From Bacillales bacterium (GTDB lineage Bacteria; Bacillota_I; Bacilli_A; Izemoplasmatales; UBA1188): a DNA stretch of 64,000 bases. The notes beneath the pieces were generated by a model, which was not told where the DNA came from, made no database searches, and worked only from the letters and a program-made list of their open reading frames with translations. Where the stretch lies: the NCBI GenBank assembly GCA_020633845.1, contig JACKCW010000002.1, forward strand, positions 14,332 to 78,331. Reading direction: 5' to 3'. This document shows, piece by piece, positions 18,223 through 28,285 of the stretch; the stretch's first letter is position 1; each line of letters begins with the position of its first letter. The translations under genes were made by a program, and so were the position numbers.

Positions 18223-20076
18223 TTATCTTTTCACATCCGAAACAAGTTTAAAATCCAAATGACTATCCAAAGATGAATTAATTACCTTTAAAGCATCTGG
18301 AGAAGCGTTTCTTTTGTATTGTTGAGAGAAAAATCTTTTAAAGAATCTGTTTACTGTTTCTTCAATTTGTTTTTCCGTTAAGTCAAAAGAGGCATATTTC
18401 ATCATTTTAATTATTCTTTCTTTTGAATCGCCTCTTCTTAAAAACCTAAAGAGAATAAAATCTATATATTCATATTTTCCAATTTCTTTTTCCGTAAGTT
18501 GTCCTTCGTTTAGTTCGGCCGAGATTGGAGTATCGACTATATCTAAAAGAACATTCTTTAATTCTTCGCATCCGCAATATTCGGCATATATTCCAAGAAT
18601 CGACTGAATCATCGTCTTGGACAATGAAGCATTAATATTATACATGCTCATATGGTCGCCGTTATAAGTAGAGTATCCCATCGCAATTTCGGATAAATCG
18701 GAAGTTCCAAGCATTAACCCTTTATATTTATTGGCCAGTTCCATTAAAACCGTTGTTCTAACTCTGACCTGAGCGTTTTCATAAGTAATATCCTTGTTAT
18801 CATCATCAATTGACTTAAGAAGAGCGTCAACCTGCTCGTTTATCGGAATAATAATCGGGTTTAGCTTGAACGCTTCAACAAGCTTTTCCGCATTTCCCTT
18901 TGTTCTTTCGCTTGAATTAACATATGGGAGAAAAACCGGAATTATTGAAGAAACTGGGTCAATTTTTAAAACCTCGCAGGTTCGATAAGCGGCAATCAGC
19001 GCCATCGTCGAATCAACACCGCCTGAAACGCCGAGAATAATTTTTTCGGTATGAAGAAAAAGAAGCCTTTTACCGAATCCGTATGCTTGCAAATCAAGAA
19101 TTCTTTCAACGCTTTTTTTATCGTTCTTTTTCAGCACAAAAGGGTGTGATTCAATCAATATGGGGGATTCGTTGTTCTCAAGGCTAAATTCAACCGTTTC
19201 GAATTCGCGATCAAACTCATCTAGTGATTCTTTGTACGGAGAATCCTTTTTTCTTAAGTTGTCTATGTAACCCAGATCTATTGAAACGCTGTTTATTTTG
19301 TTTTCAAAAGTTAATGTATGGTCACTTAAAAGAGTTTCACCATAAAGGCAAGCAATTTCTGACGATCCAAAAACAAGGCCGCTAGATGATTCGGTCGGAT
19401 TACTCGAAACATATAAATATGCACCTCTGTTTTTTCTTGATGCTTCAGAAACCATATTATCTCTTTTTTTGTCTTTCGAAAGATATTCGTTTGAAGCCGA
19501 TAAGTTCAAAAATACATTGGCGCCGTTTAATGACATTATGTTTGATGGAGAAATTGGAGCCCAGACATCTTCGCATATTTCAATCCCAACCCCTAGATTG
19601 AAATCGGAATTAATGCATTTAAAGACGATCATCCCAAAAGGTACCTCTTCACCGAATATTTTAACCTTTTTTAATCTTTTAGCGATCAGGCCAGCGGTAA
19701 ACCAACGTGGCTCGCCAAATTCTTGATAATTCGGAAGATAATATTTCGGCACTATTCCGAGAATTTTGTTTTCTTTTATGACAAAAGCGACATTAAACAA
19801 TGCGGATTCATATGAAAAAATTCCACCGACGACAAGCAAACCTTTATATGGATTAACGTCTAAAAGTTTTTTTAAAGCTTTATCATTTTCTTCACGAAGT
19901 TCATCAAATAGGAAAAAATCCTGACAAGAGTATGATGTAATAGCTAATTCCGGAAAAAGGGCGATATCAGATTTTAGTGTTTTGAGTATTTTAATTATTT
20001 CTTCTATATTTCCAGCCGGGTTTCCGACTTCGACTTTGGGAGATATAAGGTCGACATTAATAAATCCGTCATTCAT
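18223..20076 (-). CDS. nadE: Glutamine-dependent NAD+ synthetase (CN-hydrolase domain plus NAD synthetase domain)
   Basis: N-terminal nitrilase-like domain (FPELAITSYSCQD, CEDVW) and C-terminal PP-loop GVSGGVDST. Confidence 0.88.
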   Translation of the reverse strand: MNDGFINVDLISPKVEVGNPAGNIEEIIKILKTLKSDIALFPELAITSYSCQDFFLFDELREENDKALKKLLDVNPYKGLLVVGGIFSYESALFNVAFVIKENKILGIVPKYYLPNYQEFGEPRWFTAGLIAKRLKKVKIFGEEVPFGMIVFKCINSDFNLGVGIEICEDVWAPISPSNIMSLNGANVFLNLSASNEYLSKDKKRDNMVSEASRKNRGAYLYVSSNPTESSSGLVFGSSEIACLYGETLLSDHTLTFENKINSVSIDLGYIDNLRKKDSPYKESLDEFDREFETVEFSLENNESPILIESHPFVLKKNDKKSVERILDLQAYGFGKRLLFLHTEKIILGVSGGVDSTMALIAAYRTCEVLKIDPVSSIIPVFLPYVNSSERTKGNAEKLVEAFKLNPIIIPINEQVDALLKSIDDDNKDITYENAQVRVRTTVLMELANKYKGLMLGTSDLSEIAMGYSTYNGDHMSMYNINASLSKTMIQSILGIYAEYCGCEELKNVLLDIVDTPISAELNEGQLTEKEIGKYEYIDFILFRFLRRGDSKERIIKMMKYASFDLTEKQIEETVNRFFKRFFSQQYKRNASPDALKVINSSLDSHLDFKLVSDVKR

Positions 20077-20639
20077 AGTGTTCCTCCATAAAGATGCTTT
20101 TCTTCAATATAATCATAAACTTTTTTATCAACGATTTTTTTTCTGTGAGTTAGTCTAAATTCTGATGACGAAATAGAAATATTAAAACCCTTAAGAATTA
20201 TAAAGTTGTTGATATGATTTTTTAAAACATGATGGTGTTTTATATAACTTTCATCATCGGAATTATCTCTTGAGATTACAATAAAATGAAATTCCGAAAC
20301 AAGTTTTTCAAATTCTATCCACGTCTCCAAATCTCTTAAGTTATCTGATCCGATAAGAAAAAATGATTCTTCTTTTTGGCTCTTTAAATAATGGTAAGTG
20401 CCTAAATATTTCTTGTCATCAAATTCGTCCCTGGATATGATTATGTCATCATAATTTTGTGTCATAAGTTTAAGCATGTTATAACGGTCTTCATTGGACA
20501 CAAGATTGTTTTTATGATAAACAGTTGAGACAGGAAGAAAAACAAATTTATCAAAATTTATTCTTTCTTTAACAAATTTGTATATTTCCAGATGAGCGAT
20601 GGTAGGCGGGTTAAAGGAACCTCCGAAGATAATTTGCAT
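20073..20639 (-). CDS. nadD: Nicotinate-nucleotide adenylyltransferase
   Basis: The GGSFNPPTIAHL motif, and the gene overlaps nadE by 4 nt. Confidence 0.88.
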   Translation of the reverse strand: MQIIFGGSFNPPTIAHLEIYKFVKERINFDKFVFLPVSTVYHKNNLVSNEDRYNMLKLMTQNYDDIIISRDEFDDKKYLGTYHYLKSQKEESFFLIGSDNLRDLETWIEFEKLVSEFHFIVISRDNSDDESYIKHHHVLKNHINNFIILKGFNISISSSEFRLTHRKKIVDKKVYDYIEEKHLYGGTL

Positions 20640-20691
20640 AAAACACCTCGTTTTAATTATACAATAATTGCTCTTTTAAAAAAAGAGAAGA

Positions 20692-21351
20692 CTATGCAGT
20701 TTCCTCTTTTTTATTATTTTGATTTTTATTTTTTTGTTTCTTTTTCGATTGTCTTTTAGCCGTTTCTTCTACCACATCATACCTTAAACTTCTCGTTAAT
20801 ATTATTACTATTTGAAGAGGAACTCCAATAAAGAAAATCATATAGAGATTTTTAGAAAGGAATTGTAGGAATATGGCGGTTAAAAATGTCCAAAGAAACA
20901 AACTCAGAAGTAAGTAAATAAGTCTTCTGTTCCAAAGAGAAGCAAAAATAATACCAAGCATAAAAGAAACTGGAACCGCCCAGATAAATATCTGCCAGAA
21001 AAATACTGGTTCTAGTCTTATACAACCAATAACAAACGTGACAACCGCGATAACCCAAACGGCAAGAACTCCAAGAAGAGCGATAACCGCCTTATTGGTT
21101 TTTCTGATTTTTTCAATCTGGTGGTATTCGTCAGTATCGACCGATTCTTTTAGAAGGGTATCAATTGGGATGTTGTAAAAATCGGATATTTTTACCAAAG
21201 TTTCAAGTGTCGGTAGTGCTTCGCCGTTCTCCCATTTTGATACAGTTTTATCCGAATATTTTAGAATGTCTGCCAACTCGGCTTGAGTAAGTTGTTTACT
21301 TTTTCTGAGGCGAGCGAGATTGTCGCTCAATATCTGGTATATATCTTCCAT
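20692..21351 (-). CDS. Membrane-bound XRE-family HTH regulator (BcrR-like architecture)
   Basis: The N-terminal HTH (LTQAELADILKYSDKTVSKWENGEALP) is followed by four hydrophobic helices and a Lys-rich tail. The start is moved to MEDIYQIL (GGTGA SD). Confidence 0.7.
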   Translation of the reverse strand: MEDIYQILSDNLARLRKSKQLTQAELADILKYSDKTVSKWENGEALPTLETLVKISDFYNIPIDTLLKESVDTDEYHQIEKIRKTNKAVIALLGVLAVWVIAVVTFVIGCIRLEPVFFWQIFIWAVPVSFMLGIIFASLWNRRLIYLLLSLFLWTFLTAIFLQFLSKNLYMIFFIGVPLQIVIILTRSLRYDVVEETAKRQSKKKQKNKNQNNKKEETA

Positions 21352-21534
21352 AATCACCATTATAACATACTTTTTATTCTTTCAATAAACAAGAAAAAAG
21401 CCAACTCTCCTAAAGAGAGAGTCAATTCTCATAAGATAGATTTTTCTATTTTTGATTTGTAGAGTGAGTTTCTACGAAAAAAGTCTTGTTTCTACCGCCA
21501 TTCTTATTTAAAATGTCGTGTAAAAGGAGAAATT

Positions 21535-22482
21535 ATGAAAACAATACCTATTTTCTTTGCCGCAGACAACAATTATGCCGGACCGCTCTCGGCCACTATA
21601 ATCTCAATAAGAGAAAACAGATCTAAAGCCTACAATTACCGTCTCGTTATTATGACCGATAATATGAACGAGGAAAACCGCAAGATGCTTTCTTCTGTTC
21701 AAGAAGATAAATTTACTATTGAATTTAAGGATGTCAATGATTGCCTTCAAACATTTAAAGAAAAATTAGTTTTAAGAGATTATTATACTCTTTCAACATA
21801 TTTCCGCTTTTTTATTCCGGAACTTTTCCCGGAATATTCTAAAGCTCTATACTTAGACAGCGATTTAATTATTACCGGCGATATTTCTAAACTATTTAAT
21901 ACTTTTGTCGGACCGGAAAATTATGTCGGCGGAATCAATGATGACGTTGTTCCGATAAGTCCCATCTTTTCCGAATATGTAGAAAAGATCGTTGGTGTAT
22001 CACGCTATAGATATTTCAATGCCGGTGTGCTTTTGATGAATTTAAAGCTCTTTCGTGAAGAAAAAATTATCGAAAAGTTTATCGAAATGGTTGGTAAGAA
22101 AAGATTTGTTGTTGCCCAAGATCAAGATTATTTAAACGCTTTATGTAAAGATAGAGTACAATATATTGGACACGGCTGGAATAAGACCGCTTTCTTCGAT
22201 GAAAACTTTGACGACAATAAGGCAAACCTAGTTCATTTTAAAATGAGTTTTAAGCCATGGCATTATAATGGTGTTCATTACGAAGACAGATTTTGGAAGT
22301 ATGCAGAAATGTCTCCTTTCTATAATCAATTGATTAGTACTAGAGATAACTATTCAAAAGAAGAACAGGAAAGAGACAAATTAGCCGGCGAGGGTCTTCT
22401 TAATCTTGCCATCAAGGAAGTTGAGGACCAGGAAAGGGAAATGGCAAGCGACAATGAAGGAGTCTTCTACCAAAAATTCTAA
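21535..22482 (+). CDS. Glycosyltransferase family 8
   Basis: IFFAADNNYA, YLDSDLIITGDI (DxD) and NAGVLLMNL motifs. Confidence 0.85.
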   Translation: MKTIPIFFAADNNYAGPLSATIISIRENRSKAYNYRLVIMTDNMNEENRKMLSSVQEDKFTIEFKDVNDCLQTFKEKLVLRDYYTLSTYFRFFIPELFPEYSKALYLDSDLIITGDISKLFNTFVGPENYVGGINDDVVPISPIFSEYVEKIVGVSRYRYFNAGVLLMNLKLFREEKIIEKFIEMVGKKRFVVAQDQDYLNALCKDRVQYIGHGWNKTAFFDENFDDNKANLVHFKMSFKPWHYNGVHYEDRFWKYAEMSPFYNQLISTRDNYSKEEQERDKLAGEGLLNLAIKEVEDQEREMASDNEGVFYQKF

Positions 22483-23317
22483 TCAAAACAGCAAATTTAA
22501 AGATACGATGGAAAATCGTATTTTTGAATTTGAAAAAGCCAAGATTTTTGATAAAGATGTTTTGGACGACCCGGAAGGCAGATTATTAAAGCCAGATGAA
22601 GTTGATTATCTTCAAAAAAAACTTAGCAGTAAAATTAAAGCCGGCATTGCCAATCTATTTGCCGTATGTTACTTTGAAAACTTAATTAAAAAGAATGAAT
22701 TAATTATTAAAGAAGTCACTGGCCAGGAAAACTATAAAGAAGTAGCCAAAAGCGGAGTTATCGTTACATCCAACCACTTTCATCCGTTTGATAATTACGC
22801 TATTTTAAAAGCAATTCAAAAAGATATGCCACACAAGAGATTATATAAAATAATCAAAGAAGGCAACTATACATCCATGACCGGGTTATACGGATTCTTC
22901 TTTAGGAACTGTAATACTCTTCCACTTTCTTCTTCTCTTGAAACTATGCGTAATTTTATTAAAGCCACTTCCACTCTTCTTAAAAGAGGAGAAACAATTC
23001 TTATTTATCCCGAACAATCTCTTTGGTATAACTATAAAAAGCCAAAACCATTAAAAACCGGAGCTTTTGAAATTGCCGTAAGAAATAATGTACCGGTTGT
23101 TCCAATCTTTATCACTCTTTCCGATAGCGAGAAAATGGGAAATGACGGCTATTTTATACAAGAGTATTCTATCCATATTCTTAAAGCCATTTATCCTGAT
23201 CCAAGCAAATCATACAAAGACAACGTAGAATATATGAAAAATACCAACTACGAGGCTTTTAAGGACACATACGAAAAAGTATACGGGGTTCCTTTAAAAT
23301 ATATAGGAGAGGAATAA
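22454..23317 (+). CDS. Lysophospholipid/glycerolipid acyltransferase (PlsC/LPLAT family)
   Basis: HX4D motif (SNHFHPFDNY) and the later IYPEQS motif. The start is uncertain (22454 or 22508), and the ORF-track start at 22406 overlaps the GT8 gene. Confidence 0.7.
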   Translation: MKESSTKNSNQNSKFKDTMENRIFEFEKAKIFDKDVLDDPEGRLLKPDEVDYLQKKLSSKIKAGIANLFAVCYFENLIKKNELIIKEVTGQENYKEVAKSGVIVTSNHFHPFDNYAILKAIQKDMPHKRLYKIIKEGNYTSMTGLYGFFFRNCNTLPLSSSLETMRNFIKATSTLLKRGETILIYPEQSLWYNYKKPKPLKTGAFEIAVRNNVPVVPIFITLSDSEKMGNDGYFIQEYSIHILKAIYPDPSKSYKDNVEYMKNTNYEAFKDTYEKVYGVPLKYIGEE

Positions 23318-23318
23318 A

Positions 23319-23906
23319 ATGGTTCTTTATCTCACAATTATAGGTATCAGTGTAGTAGTTCTTTCTGTCGTTGGCATACTTTTAACGCCAATAACCGGAA
23401 TGGCGATATGGCAAGTTATTTTGACAACGGTGATTCTAACTCTTTCTGTTATTATCCTTGATGCTATTCTTGCGGTAATCGGACGCCGGGCTTTCCCAAA
23501 AAAATGGTTTGAAAAAGACAGTAAATTTTTTGTGCCAGGTAAAAAGGAAATTAATCTACTGAATAAACTGAAAATAAGAAACTGGAAAGACAAAGTTTGG
23601 GAACTGGGCAAAGTTGGAACAGGCGTGTCTAAAGCTCATATAGAAGACAAAAACAATCTTGATTATATCAACCAGTTCATCATTGAATCCAATTACGGAC
23701 AGGTTATACATATCATCAGTGTCGTTCTAAGCTACCTCATCATCTTTATCTTCCCTTTTACCAGTTTTAAAACCAATTTAATTTTCTCAATACCGGTTGC
23801 AACTGTGAGTGCTATATTAAATCTAATGCCGCTTATGATATTAAGATATAATACTCCAAGACTCTTGTTGCTTAAAAAAAGAGCCTCCGCAAAAGAAAAA
23901 AGCTAG
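23319..23906 (+). CDS. Small polytopic membrane protein, CrtO-like (glycosyl-4,4'-diaponeurosporenoate acyltransferase family) by recollection
   Basis: RNWKDKVWE, FIIESNYGQVIH and ILRYNTPRL resemble, from memory, motifs of staphylococcal CrtO-type acyltransferases. It is translationally coupled to the acyltransferase gene. Confidence 0.45.
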   Translation: MVLYLTIIGISVVVLSVVGILLTPITGMAIWQVILTTVILTLSVIILDAILAVIGRRAFPKKWFEKDSKFFVPGKKEINLLNKLKIRNWKDKVWELGKVGTGVSKAHIEDKNNLDYINQFIIESNYGQVIHIISVVLSYLIIFIFPFTSFKTNLIFSIPVATVSAILNLMPLMILRYNTPRLLLLKKRASAKEKS

Positions 23907-23930
23907 ACCCGAAAGTCTAGCTTTTTATTT
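23899..23930. terminator. Bidirectional terminator between convergent genes
   Basis: AAGCTAGAC / CCGAAA / GTCTAGCTT followed by TTTATTT. Confidence 0.65.
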
Positions 23931-23937
23931 ACTTTAA

Positions 23938-24879
23938 TTATTTCTTTGCGGCTTCCATACCTGCCGATACAAAGGAAACCAAATCTTGAAGATTAGAAGG
24001 AACAATCAGTTTTGTAGCTTGTCCATTAGCTAATTTTTCCAGAGCCTCATATGATTTAAGCGAAAGAACAGCATGATCGACTTGAGCTGATTTTAAAGAT
24101 TCAAAACCTTTAGCTTCCGCATCTCTTTTGACAACGATGGCTTTTGCATCACCCTCAGCGACTTTGATTCTTGCTTCTTTTTCACCTTCAGCTTTTAGAA
24201 TAACTGCTTCTTTTTCACCTTCGGCTTTTAAGACTGCCGATGCTTTTTCACCTTCAGCTTTTAAAATAGCACTTTGTCTTTCGCCTTCAGCAAGAAGAAT
24301 TTTTTCTCTCTTCTCACGTTCGGCTCTCATCTGACGTTCCATGGCGTCTCTAATGTCTTTTGGAGGAAGAATGTTCTTAACTTCCACACGATTAACTTTA
24401 ATTCCCCATGGGTCAGTAGCTTCGTCGAGAATTGATCTCATCTTGGTGTTGATTATGTCTCTAGAAGTAAGAGTTTCATCAAGATCAAGTTCACCGATAA
24501 TATTACGAAGAGTCGTTGCCGACAAGTTCTCAATAGCGCCAATTGGATTTGATACGCCGTAAGCGTAAAGAACCGGGTCTGTTACTTGGAAGAATACGAT
24601 GGTATCAATCTGCATCGTAACATTGTCTTTAGTAATAACTGGTTGCGGATCAAAGTCCTTAACCTGTTCCTTCATAGTTACCCTAAGAACAATTCTATCA
24701 AAGAATGGAACCAGCATATGAAGACCAGTTTGCCAAGTTTTTAGGTATTTTCCTAATCTCTCGACAACGTATTTGTCAGTTTGCTTAACTATCTTGACGC
24801 ATGATACGAGCACCAGGACAACAACAACTGCAACAATAACCAGGGCGGCGATTTCGCCCGCTTGCATTAAAATGTTCAT
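23938..24879 (-). CDS. SPFH/band-7 (stomatin/prohibitin-like) membrane protein
   Basis: An N-terminal TM helix, the SPFH core, and five 11-aa LKAEGEK-type repeats in the C-terminal coiled coil. Confidence 0.88.
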   Translation of the reverse strand: MNILMQAGEIAALVIVAVVVVLVLVSCVKIVKQTDKYVVERLGKYLKTWQTGLHMLVPFFDRIVLRVTMKEQVKDFDPQPVITKDNVTMQIDTIVFFQVTDPVLYAYGVSNPIGAIENLSATTLRNIIGELDLDETLTSRDIINTKMRSILDEATDPWGIKVNRVEVKNILPPKDIRDAMERQMRAEREKREKILLAEGERQSAILKAEGEKASAVLKAEGEKEAVILKAEGEKEARIKVAEGDAKAIVVKRDAEAKGFESLKSAQVDHAVLSLKSYEALEKLANGQATKLIVPSNLQDLVSFVSAGMEAAKK

Positions 24880-24882
24880 TTT

Positions 24883-25338
24883 TTATTTATCCTCCGTATA
24901 TTTTTTTACTTTTAATTTATTTCCATTCACTTCTTCAACAACAACTTTTTCACCAGAAACGATAGGAGATAGGTTGTCACTAACTAAAGACGCTGCCCAA
25001 ACAAGACCATTTATTTTTACAGTTCCCGTTTGGAATTGAAGAATATCATCTTCTACAAAACCTATTTTGCCGACGATTGAGTCAACGTTTGATTTTAATT
25101 CACCTTTCTGGTTTTTCTTAATTAAAGGACGTATTGCCAGAATGAAGGCAGCCGATATCACTACGAAGACAACAATTTGTAGCCAAATTAGGTGTTCTTG
25201 AAGAAAAAGGGAGAGTATTAATGATACTAAACTTCCCGCTGCGAACCAGATCGAAACAAGAGCAGGTACAATAAGTTCGACCACGATAGAAACAATGAAT
25301 ATTGCGAGCCAAATATAAACCATAGTCATATCTATCAC
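24883..25338 (-). CDS. NfeD-family membrane protein
   Basis: Three N-terminal TM helices plus a C-terminal OB-like domain, located directly upstream of the SPFH gene (the classical NfeD-SPFH pair). Confidence 0.8.
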   Translation of the reverse strand: MIDMTMVYIWLAIFIVSIVVELIVPALVSIWFAAGSLVSLILSLFLQEHLIWLQIVVFVVISAAFILAIRPLIKKNQKGELKSNVDSIVGKIGFVEDDILQFQTGTVKINGLVWAASLVSDNLSPIVSGEKVVVEEVNGNKLKVKKYTEDK

Positions 25339-25415
25339 CTCATCATAATTATATCAAATTTCTTATATATTATCAATATATATCGTCTATATGCATTGAA
25401 TGCAAAGACAGCAAA

Positions 25416-26171
25416 CTAGACAGAATCTGAAAGATAAACTACCGTCGCATCAAGAAAATAATCGTTCCCGGATCCGATGGATATCTGATTAAATTCGTCT
25501 TCTGTTCCATAGTAATATATAGTATCTAAACTTCGACAATTATAGAAAGCATTTTCTCCGATAACCAAAATCGATGAAGGCAAATAAAGAGTATCAAGGT
25601 TCTTTAGGCCTTTAAAAGTGTTTCCTTTTATTTCTACTACTCGATAACCTCGATATGAAGACGGAATTGTTACCGATTGAACATTAGGAGGAAGAAAAGA
25701 TCTAGAAGTCACTGAAGACACGGCAACTTCACTATCATCAACTCTTTCGTAGTTTAAATAAAAGTTGTTTTCTCCATAATTGTATCTACTATTTCCGAAG
25801 TCGGAAATAATCTGTGATACAAGATTGACGAAGATGGCAGCAAATACGAAAAAGACGATTATACGCCCGAAATTAATTGCGCTTTTCGGATAAACATATC
25901 CGGATGAATACTCATAGTAGCGCTTATTTGGATTAAAGTTTTCGTCAACATATTCAGATTGTGCGCTTCCGTACTGATCGTAATTGGCTCTCGATTCCGT
26001 ATTTTTAAGAACAGAATAAGCTTCATTAATCAGTTTCATTTTTCCTTCCGCATTGGGATCATGCGATACATCAGGATGGTAAATAGACGCAAGATGTCGG
26101 TATGCTTTCTTGATTTCGTCTTCGGAAGCGTCTCTTGATACGCCGAGAATTCCGTAGTAATCTTTTTCCAT
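25416..26171 (-). CDS. J-domain membrane protein with a C-terminal BspA-type leucine-rich repeat
   Basis: J domain with HPD (DYYGILGV...IYHPDVS), one TM helix ([19 protein letters not shown]), then an LRR-like IPSSY...[40 protein letters not shown]. Confidence 0.75.
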   Translation of the reverse strand: MEKDYYGILGVSRDASEDEIKKAYRHLASIYHPDVSHDPNAEGKMKLINEAYSVLKNTESRANYDQYGSAQSEYVDENFNPNKRYYEYSSGYVYPKSAINFGRIIVFFVFAAIFVNLVSQIISDFGNSRYNYGENNFYLNYERVDDSEVAVSSVTSRSFLPPNVQSVTIPSSYRGYRVVEIKGNTFKGLKNLDTLYLPSSILVIGENAFYNCRSLDTIYYYGTEDEFNQISIGSGNDYFLDATVVYLSDSV

Positions 26172-26292
26172 TTCTATCACCGCGTATAATTATACAATAT
26201 AAATAATGACTTTACTGATTTCACACAAAACATTCATTAAAAACGCTCTTTAGACGATTTATGTTATAATCAAATACAAGAGAGGCTACAAT

Positions 26293-28254
26293 ATGAAAAA
26301 TATCACTATTCAAGACTTGTTTCAATATAAATTTCTTTCCAATCCGACTTTTTCGCCAAGCGGTAAAAACCGATGTTTCACTTTGACGGAAATCGATAAA
26401 GAAAAAAATGCATATCAGTCATTTATTTACCAAATAAAAAATGGGTTACCGCTAAAACTAACCGGTTTGGGTAAAGAGTCATCCTTCATCTTCCTTGATG
26501 ATGATAACATTCTTTTTCCAGGTAACCGAGAAGATAAAAAAGATGCTACTGAAACAATCTTTTATAAACTATCTTTAAACGGCGGTGAAGCCCAAAAAGC
26601 TTTTTCTCTTCCGTTCGTCGTTAATGAGATATATAAATTGTCCGGCCAAAGATATCTTTGTACTGGATTAATTAACACAAATTATCCGGACTACTACAAG
26701 ATGGAAGCCGATGACAAAAAGAAAGTTCAATCAGAAATCGAAAAAAATAAAGACTATAGAGAGCTATATGATATTCCATATGTGTTTAATGGCCAAGGTT
26801 TTATAAATGGCATTAGAACATCTCTTTTTTATGTTGATTTAGACAAAAATGAAATTAAAAGAATCACCACAAATTTTATGAATGTTGACAATTTCTTTGT
26901 TTACTCGGACGAAAGCGGCGCCTTCTTTGTCGCAAATGATTTTAAAGGCTGCATACAATACGACCAAACAAAACTTTTCTATCTCAATCTTGAAACTTTT
27001 AGTTATGAAGAAGTTGTTCTTCCAAACAAAGTTATTCCATTTTTGGTCGCCACTGCTAAAGATTTTTCTTATCTTTATGCACCCGATTTTAATCGTATCG
27101 GGAGTAATTCTAACGGCGATTTTTATCTGATAGATAAAGATCTTCACGTTTCTCTTCTCAAGAGTTTTGATAATTCCGTCGGATCATCAGTTCTTTCCGA
27201 CTGTGAATACGGAGGAGGGAACTTTTTTAAAACCGACAATGATATATTATATTTCACAATAACCAATTGGGAAAAAGCGCCCATCTATCGTATCGATAAA
27301 AAGGGTGTAATTGAAGAGGTTTACAGTGATATAGAATCAGTAATATCCTTTGATATTAATGCTGGCAATCTTTTCATGGTTGCGTTTAAAGATATGCAAC
27401 TTGAAGAGCTTTTTGACAATCAAGGACAAATTTCATCATTTAATGAAGAAAATCAAAAAGACAAGTATGTCGCAAAGCCTGAACTAGTTGAATTTAAAAA
27501 CGAAAACAATATTGTAATTCATGGTTTTGTGTTAAAACCTATCGATTATGAACAAGGCAAAAAATACCCAGCGGTTTTAGATATACACGGCGGTCCGAAG
27601 TGTGCATATGGGAAAACCTTCTTTCATGAAATGCAGGTCTGGGCATCAATGGGTTATTTTGTTCTCTTCGCTAATCCAACCGGTTCTGATGGAAGGGGAG
27701 ACGAATTCAGCAATATTAGAGGTAAATATGGAACAGTAGACTATAATGATTTAATGACATTCGTTGATGAATGTTTAAATAAATACAAAGAGATCGATCA
27801 AGATAACCTCTTTGAAACCGGCGGTTCTTACGGCGGTTTCATGACTAACTGGATTATCGGTCATACAGATAGATTCAAAGCTTGTGCCTCTCAAAGAAGC
27901 ATTTCCAATTTCTCGATTATGTACGGTGTATCTGATATCGGAATAGAATTCACCTATGACCAAAATTTATCTGATCCTTTAAACAACCCGGAAAAATGCT
28001 GGTGGCACAGCCCTCTCAAATATGCGAATAATGTTAAAACGCCGACTCTTTTTATTCATTCCGATGAAGACTATAGATGTCCGCTTCAAGAAGGATTATC
28101 TATGTTTACTGCCCTTAAAGTAAGAGGCGTTGAAAGCAAGATGGTTATTTTTAAAGGTGAAAATCATGAACTTTCAAGAAGCGGAAAACCGCTTCACAGA
28201 GAAAGACGCCTGTATGAAATCTCTGATTGGTTCGAAAATCATCGAAGCAAATAA
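26293..28254 (+). CDS. S9-family serine peptidase (prolyl oligopeptidase/acylaminoacyl peptidase-like)
   Basis: A beta-propeller-like N-terminal half, the catalytic GGSYGG motif, and distal Asp/His regions (HSDEDYRCP, GENHELS). Confidence 0.85.
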   Translation: MKNITIQDLFQYKFLSNPTFSPSGKNRCFTLTEIDKEKNAYQSFIYQIKNGLPLKLTGLGKESSFIFLDDDNILFPGNREDKKDATETIFYKLSLNGGEAQKAFSLPFVVNEIYKLSGQRYLCTGLINTNYPDYYKMEADDKKKVQSEIEKNKDYRELYDIPYVFNGQGFINGIRTSLFYVDLDKNEIKRITTNFMNVDNFFVYSDESGAFFVANDFKGCIQYDQTKLFYLNLETFSYEEVVLPNKVIPFLVATAKDFSYLYAPDFNRIGSNSNGDFYLIDKDLHVSLLKSFDNSVGSSVLSDCEYGGGNFFKTDNDILYFTITNWEKAPIYRIDKKGVIEEVYSDIESVISFDINAGNLFMVAFKDMQLEELFDNQGQISSFNEENQKDKYVAKPELVEFKNENNIVIHGFVLKPIDYEQGKKYPAVLDIHGGPKCAYGKTFFHEMQVWASMGYFVLFANPTGSDGRGDEFSNIRGKYGTVDYNDLMTFVDECLNKYKEIDQDNLFETGGSYGGFMTNWIIGHTDRFKACASQRSISNFSIMYGVSDIGIEFTYDQNLSDPLNNPEKCWWHSPLKYANNVKTPTLFIHSDEDYRCPLQEGLSMFTALKVRGVESKMVIFKGENHELSRSGKPLHRERRLYEISDWFENHRSK

Positions 28255-28256
28255 AA

Positions 28257-28285
28257 AAGGAGCTCAAGCTCCTTTTATTTTTTCT
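28257..28285. terminator. Bidirectional terminator
   Basis: AAGGAGC / TCAA / GCTCCTT followed by a T-run. It overlaps the 3' end of the minus-strand gene. Confidence 0.65.

Noticed and set aside
24133-24297. 33-nt periodic repeats (five units) that could be taken for a non-coding repeat array.
   Set aside because: They are in frame within the SPFH gene and encode 11-aa LKAEGEKxAxI coiled-coil repeats, which are common in stomatin/HflC-like proteins.
25392-25404. Palindrome TGCATT-G-AATGCA upstream of nfeD.
   Set aside because: It is a single short dyad in an AT-rich spacer. The loop is too small for an RNA hairpin, and there is no supporting promoter geometry or second copy.
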